DNA from: Candidatus Latescibacterota bacterium
GTDB taxonomy: Bacteria; Latescibacterota; UBA2968; GCA-2709665
Assembly: GCA_965226795.1 (NCBI GenBank)
Contig: CBDDDZ010000005.1
Coordinates: 2,816,001 to 2,880,000 of the forward strand
Direction of reading: 5' to 3'
DNA: 64,000 nt
Shown here: one piece after another, positions 59,946 to 64,000 of the stretch
Position numbering within the stretch: position 1 is the stretch's first letter
Layout of the letters: every line of letters starts with the position of its first letter
Notes under the pieces: model-generated
Databases searched by the model: none
Told to the model about the DNA's origin: nothing
The model's input: the letters and a program-made list of their open reading frames with translations, nothing else
Program-made: the position numbers and the translations under genes

Positions 59946-60230
59946 TTACACCGAGAAACGGAGCTTGATACCGCAAGCGGCGGAGACTTTGGCAAGCGTA
60001 TCGAGTCGTGGAATTCACCGCCCAGACAAGGCCCGAGAGAGGGCCACTCGATTCAGCTTGGCCAAGCGCGCAAGCTCGGACACACCACCCCGCGCCTCGG
60101 CAACGTTTCGAAACGCTTTCATGAGCAAGCGTGGATCGTCGCCCATTTCCTCTATCGCCGCGTTCAAGTAAGCGGCTGCGTCCTCTGGCGTCTTGAGGTA
60201 GTCGCTGGCCTTATGATCTCTTACGGGCAT
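59946..60230 (-). pseudogene. Addiction-module antidote (HTH) with in-frame TGA
   Basis: YLKTPEDAAAYLNAA...VAEARGGVSELA...ALSGR*IPRLDTLAKVSAACGIKLRF; homology continues past the stop. Confidence 0.75.
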
Positions 60231-60634
60231 TTCGTTTCTCCGGTTTGTAAAACTTCAGTCGGCACTACCGTTCTGCCCCCGCAACTCGGCAGACACGATG
60301 ACCAATCCCTGCTGTGGATAGAATGGGAAACTCATAGGACGATCGCCGTGTCCTCAGGCATCTGCCCGGTGTATAAAATGGCAAACCGTCCAGGACGCAA
60401 TGCCACCGCCCGGCGATAAACTTCCTCGCGTCCCTTTTCATTGATCCACCACCGCCGCTTACACAATATTCTTGACACACCCGCTTTATCTCATTGGCCG
60501 CCATGCCACCAGTCTTTCGAAATCTGCTGATGAGCGACGACGATTGGATCTCGGCTTGGGCGTACTGCCAAATGGCTTGCCGTTGTTGTTTCCAAATGTA
60601 CTGAGGGCATCTCGTGACCCATCGCATTTTTCGT

Positions 60635-63600
60635 TCACTCGGTAGCAATAGTCACCAGATCCTTCTCGACTTCGGGATACAAATCGTCAAGTTCCTCCTG
60701 GATCGCTATCGTGTTGCCAATGGCCGTAACCAACCGGCAATAGGTCTGAATATCCTTAAGTTCCAGGCGGCGTTCCTTTCGATCCTTCAACCACTTGTCA
60801 CAAACCTGATAGCCGCCGATGCGGTATTCGTAGACCATTTCGGGGATAGGTCCGAAATACTGCGTTTTGTTTACGTACATACGTTGTGTATTGGGTTCAT
60901 AGCGGAAACCCTGCACCTTCGTCCTTGCCACGATCAGGTTCCCTTGGCCATCAAATCGGCAGGTCGGCGTATCGAGTTCTGGCGACGCGAGAAGATGTAA
61001 TTCGGTCAATCGCACTCCCAAGCGGGCAAGTTTGGAGAACAACTCTCGATCGGCTGTGAACGGAACTCGTGGAAACTCCCTGCGCAGAAACTCGGCGTAT
61101 TTTTCGCGGTAGACTGGTGCATAAAGAATGGCGTAGATATAGTGGAAAATATCTTCGGGTGATGGCTCTCGGCTATGCGCTGCCGCCAAGCCGACCTTCA
61201 ATCCAAGGCTCAGGTTTGATCTTCGGTCATCTGCGGTTAAATACCGGTAAAGAGGAAAGTTCACATTCCCACCGCGGTAGAAGAGGTTGAAGTCCTCTAT
61301 TGTATTAGAGCAAAGGATCAGATTCCATTCACTATCACCGACAACATGGCCCTGGCGCCCAACGCAGAGTGCCAAGTTCTCCCCCATCAACATGTGGCTC
61401 ATCACTTTGGCGCGAGGTCTACAGATGAATCCCCGTGACTTACCGGTGTAATACGTGAATCGAATATCAAAGGGCCGGTAGAGAATGGGGACGACATTTT
61501 CGCAAGAAAGCCCAGGGTCTCGCAAATCACTCTGAGCCATACTCACTTTCCAATCTTGTGCGTCGTGGCCGAGTTCGTACGTCGTCCGAGCGAGTTCGGG
61601 GTCCATACTTGAGAATACGGTTACTATACGCCAGACCTCTTTCGCTGACCATTGAATAGTCATGCGGTCGCGTGCAGTGACAACGCCGACGCTGTTGCTT
61701 AAGAATACCTCGGGAATGGAAGTGAACGTTCGATATTCGGCTTCAAGCGTTACATCGCGCGGGACAAACAGATAATCCGGCGAGTCCGGGTTTACCCTTT
61801 CCCATTCGGTATTTTCGTGGTCGTGGGCATCCAGCCAAGCGTATTTGTGCTCACGGCTTCCGTACTCTTCGGCGTGATGAACCCGACCAGCAGGATCCTC
61901 TTTGCTATCGGTCTTGACGAAAAAGGCAATGGCCACGCCCTGCCGGATATCGAAGACGTTTTTATCAGGGCTTCCGTCGGGGCAGGTTTCCTTCTTCAAG
62001 GAGTTTCCATGCAGGTCGAGGATATATATGTCGTCAAATGTTCGCATCAGGCTCCGGCGCATACCGCGAAACGTGGGGTTATCGAGATAGCTGTGGTTGG
62101 TAATCATACCGACGACGCCGCGCCCAGCCTGTTCGATTTTCCACTGGGCAAACCGGAGGAACTTGACGTAGTCATCCTGTAGCCACTTCGGGTTCTTCTC
62201 GCCAAGCGGTTTTCCATCCACCTTTTTGTACTCGTCAATCAATCCACGTATCCACTTGCCCTTGTTACTGGAATGGCCGGAGTAAGGCGGATTTCCAAGA
62301 ATGAGAAGGATCGGTCTCTGCCTTTTGACATCGCCGGCCAGGCGAGATTCTTCTGCCAGGGCAGAGAGGCCAGGTAGCCGACTCTGTTCCAGTTTCTCCC
62401 AGTCGAGTGTATTGGTGAGATAGAAAGGCATGCGTTCGTCGTCGGCGAGTCGATGCCCGAGTTCTTCCAGCAGAAAACTCATCTTCAGGTGACCCACCGC
62501 ATAGGGCGCCATCATCAGTTCGAAAGCATAAAAATTCTTCAAAATACGAGTACGTATGAAGTCCTCTGATCCCCCACTACCATACTTGGACTCGAATTCG
62601 GAAACGGCCCGTTGGGCGGCTTCAGCCACAAAGGTCATGGTGCCCGCGGCCGGATCGAGCAGGGTGACGCCGTCAGAGGCCAGGCCGTCGCCCAGGTCAA
62701 ACTCAGTCTTCAGAAGTCCGTGCAGCGATCGAACTATATACCCGACCACCGGTTCCGGCGTGTAATACACACCACGGCGTTCCCGCACCTCGGGATCGTA
62801 TTTCGCCAGGAAGGTCTCATAGAAGTGCACAATTGGATCGCTGCCTTTGCCGTCGCGGTAATATTCGTTGAGAATACCTAGCGCATCGGCGACGCTAAGG
62901 ACTTCGGCCAGGTCATCCACGCACCAGGCGAGTTGATCAGGCAGATCGCCAAGAGAGATATACCGAAATAGGTCGCGCAAGACGCCGATGGTGTGGGGGA
63001 TATTGTCGAACGCGGCGCGCCGGTTGAAACCGTCCAAGGCACGGATGCGAGCAGCGAATAGGCCGTACGTGATAGTCTGGGCGAACAGATCGGCGAATTG
63101 TTCGGGCGTCAAGCGAACCGATGAGGTGGGTCCTGAAATGCCTCGAAGAACCCGGCGAGCATGCCGTCTGCATCCTCGTCGAACTGGACCCTGATGACAC
63201 TTCCTCAGGTGACGGGTTCGATTGGCGAGTTCTTCGGCGAGGGTTTCGGCTGTAAACGTCGCGGGGTAATGCGAAATCCAGGAAGCGATCCAGCAGGCGG
63301 TGAAGTTCGTCTTCATTCTCAAGCGGAGGAACGGTACCCAAGCCTGTTGAGCGTATGGGGTCGACCGGCCATAGGACGGTTATCGACGTGTACGCCCTTG
63401 CGGTACAGGCGGAACTCGAGGAAGTTGGTAAGGATGAGATTCGGAAAGGTATTGAGATAGCGTTTGAGTTGTTCAGTTTCCTCAACATCATTCAACCGTT
63501 CTTCCGTCGGCTTCTTGGCCTCAATATAGCCGATGATCTGATCCTTACCGTTCCAAAGGCGGAAATCCGGGTTGCCACCCTCGGTCGGTCTGGGTAGCGT

Positions 63601-63758
63601 GGTGACATGTCCACGTGCTTTTTGCCGGTCGCAACGGCCTATTCCGCTTAACATTTCCTCAAGCGCGGGGTAAAAGCTCTCCTCCCGCGCGTCGCCCTGA
63701 CGGGCTGACGTCGGCAAGGCTCCTTCAAGTACTTTGTAAATATGGCTTTGGGGGTCAT
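60635..63758 (-). pseudogene. Type IIG/ISP-like restriction-modification enzyme (nuclease + N6-adenine MTase + specificity domain), frameshifted in the 5' part
   Basis: PDF...GYIEAK nuclease in ORF 63319-63717; YETFL..YD...R..RGVYYTP, LDPAAGT, GNPPY and IGGYQV..KWLKDR in ORF 60635. Several frame switches between 63100 and 63758. Confidence 0.82.
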
Positions 63759-64000
63759 TCGACTACGTTCCCTTTTGCTAACGCAAAGCCGATCCGAGTA
63801 ACAATGAAGCAACGACAAATTCACGGTATGCTTCCGTTTTTCTCAACGGCTATGATGTTTCTGTACATTTCAGCTGAGCCTCGACAATATTTGGTGCAAG
63901 AGGAATTCGAACTGAGGCTTGAAAGGTTCAACCTGGTTTTCTGACGGATAGCTGTCCGACTTTGTCATCGTCCTGTGCGTATGGTAGTCGGCAATTCTGC

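Noticed and set aside
60265..60648. 127-aa ORF as the missing toxin
   Set aside because: No RelE/HigB-like features, no clear RBS, and atypical composition.

Overview
GC-rich bacterial chromosomal window of mostly housekeeping and catabolic genes: two MFS transporters, two sulfatases, two PhyH-type dioxygenases, peptidases, pdxJ, methylmalonate-semialdehyde dehydrogenase, czcCBA-type efflux, amtB and a tRNA-Pro(TGG). It also encodes large, probably secreted mosaic proteins (WD40, FN3, cadherin-like, cohesin-like, paired EF-hand). This gene style suggests a Latescibacterota/Gemmatimonadota-like, possibly sponge-associated organism (inference only). Most notable: (1) a rhodanese whose catalytic Cys codon is an in-frame TGA, a likely selenoprotein that the ORF track truncates; (2) a ~200-290 nt structured non-coding element in two diverged copies with conserved stems; (3) an apparently secreted 1449-aa protein joining a PEP-synthase-like nucleotide-binding domain to a ~37-Pro linker and adhesion modules; (4) an RtcR/CARF-like sigma-54 activator without rtcBA, preceded by a perfect 24-bp palindrome; (5) a GH3 ligase plus enolase-superfamily operon facing a P450; (6) several genes collapsed by internal deletion (TonB-dependent receptor, imelysin, PIN toxin). 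Both window ends carry clustered frameshifts that may be sequence error. No CRISPR array, rRNA or intact transposase was seen. All calls come from motif recognition by eye; no database searches were run.
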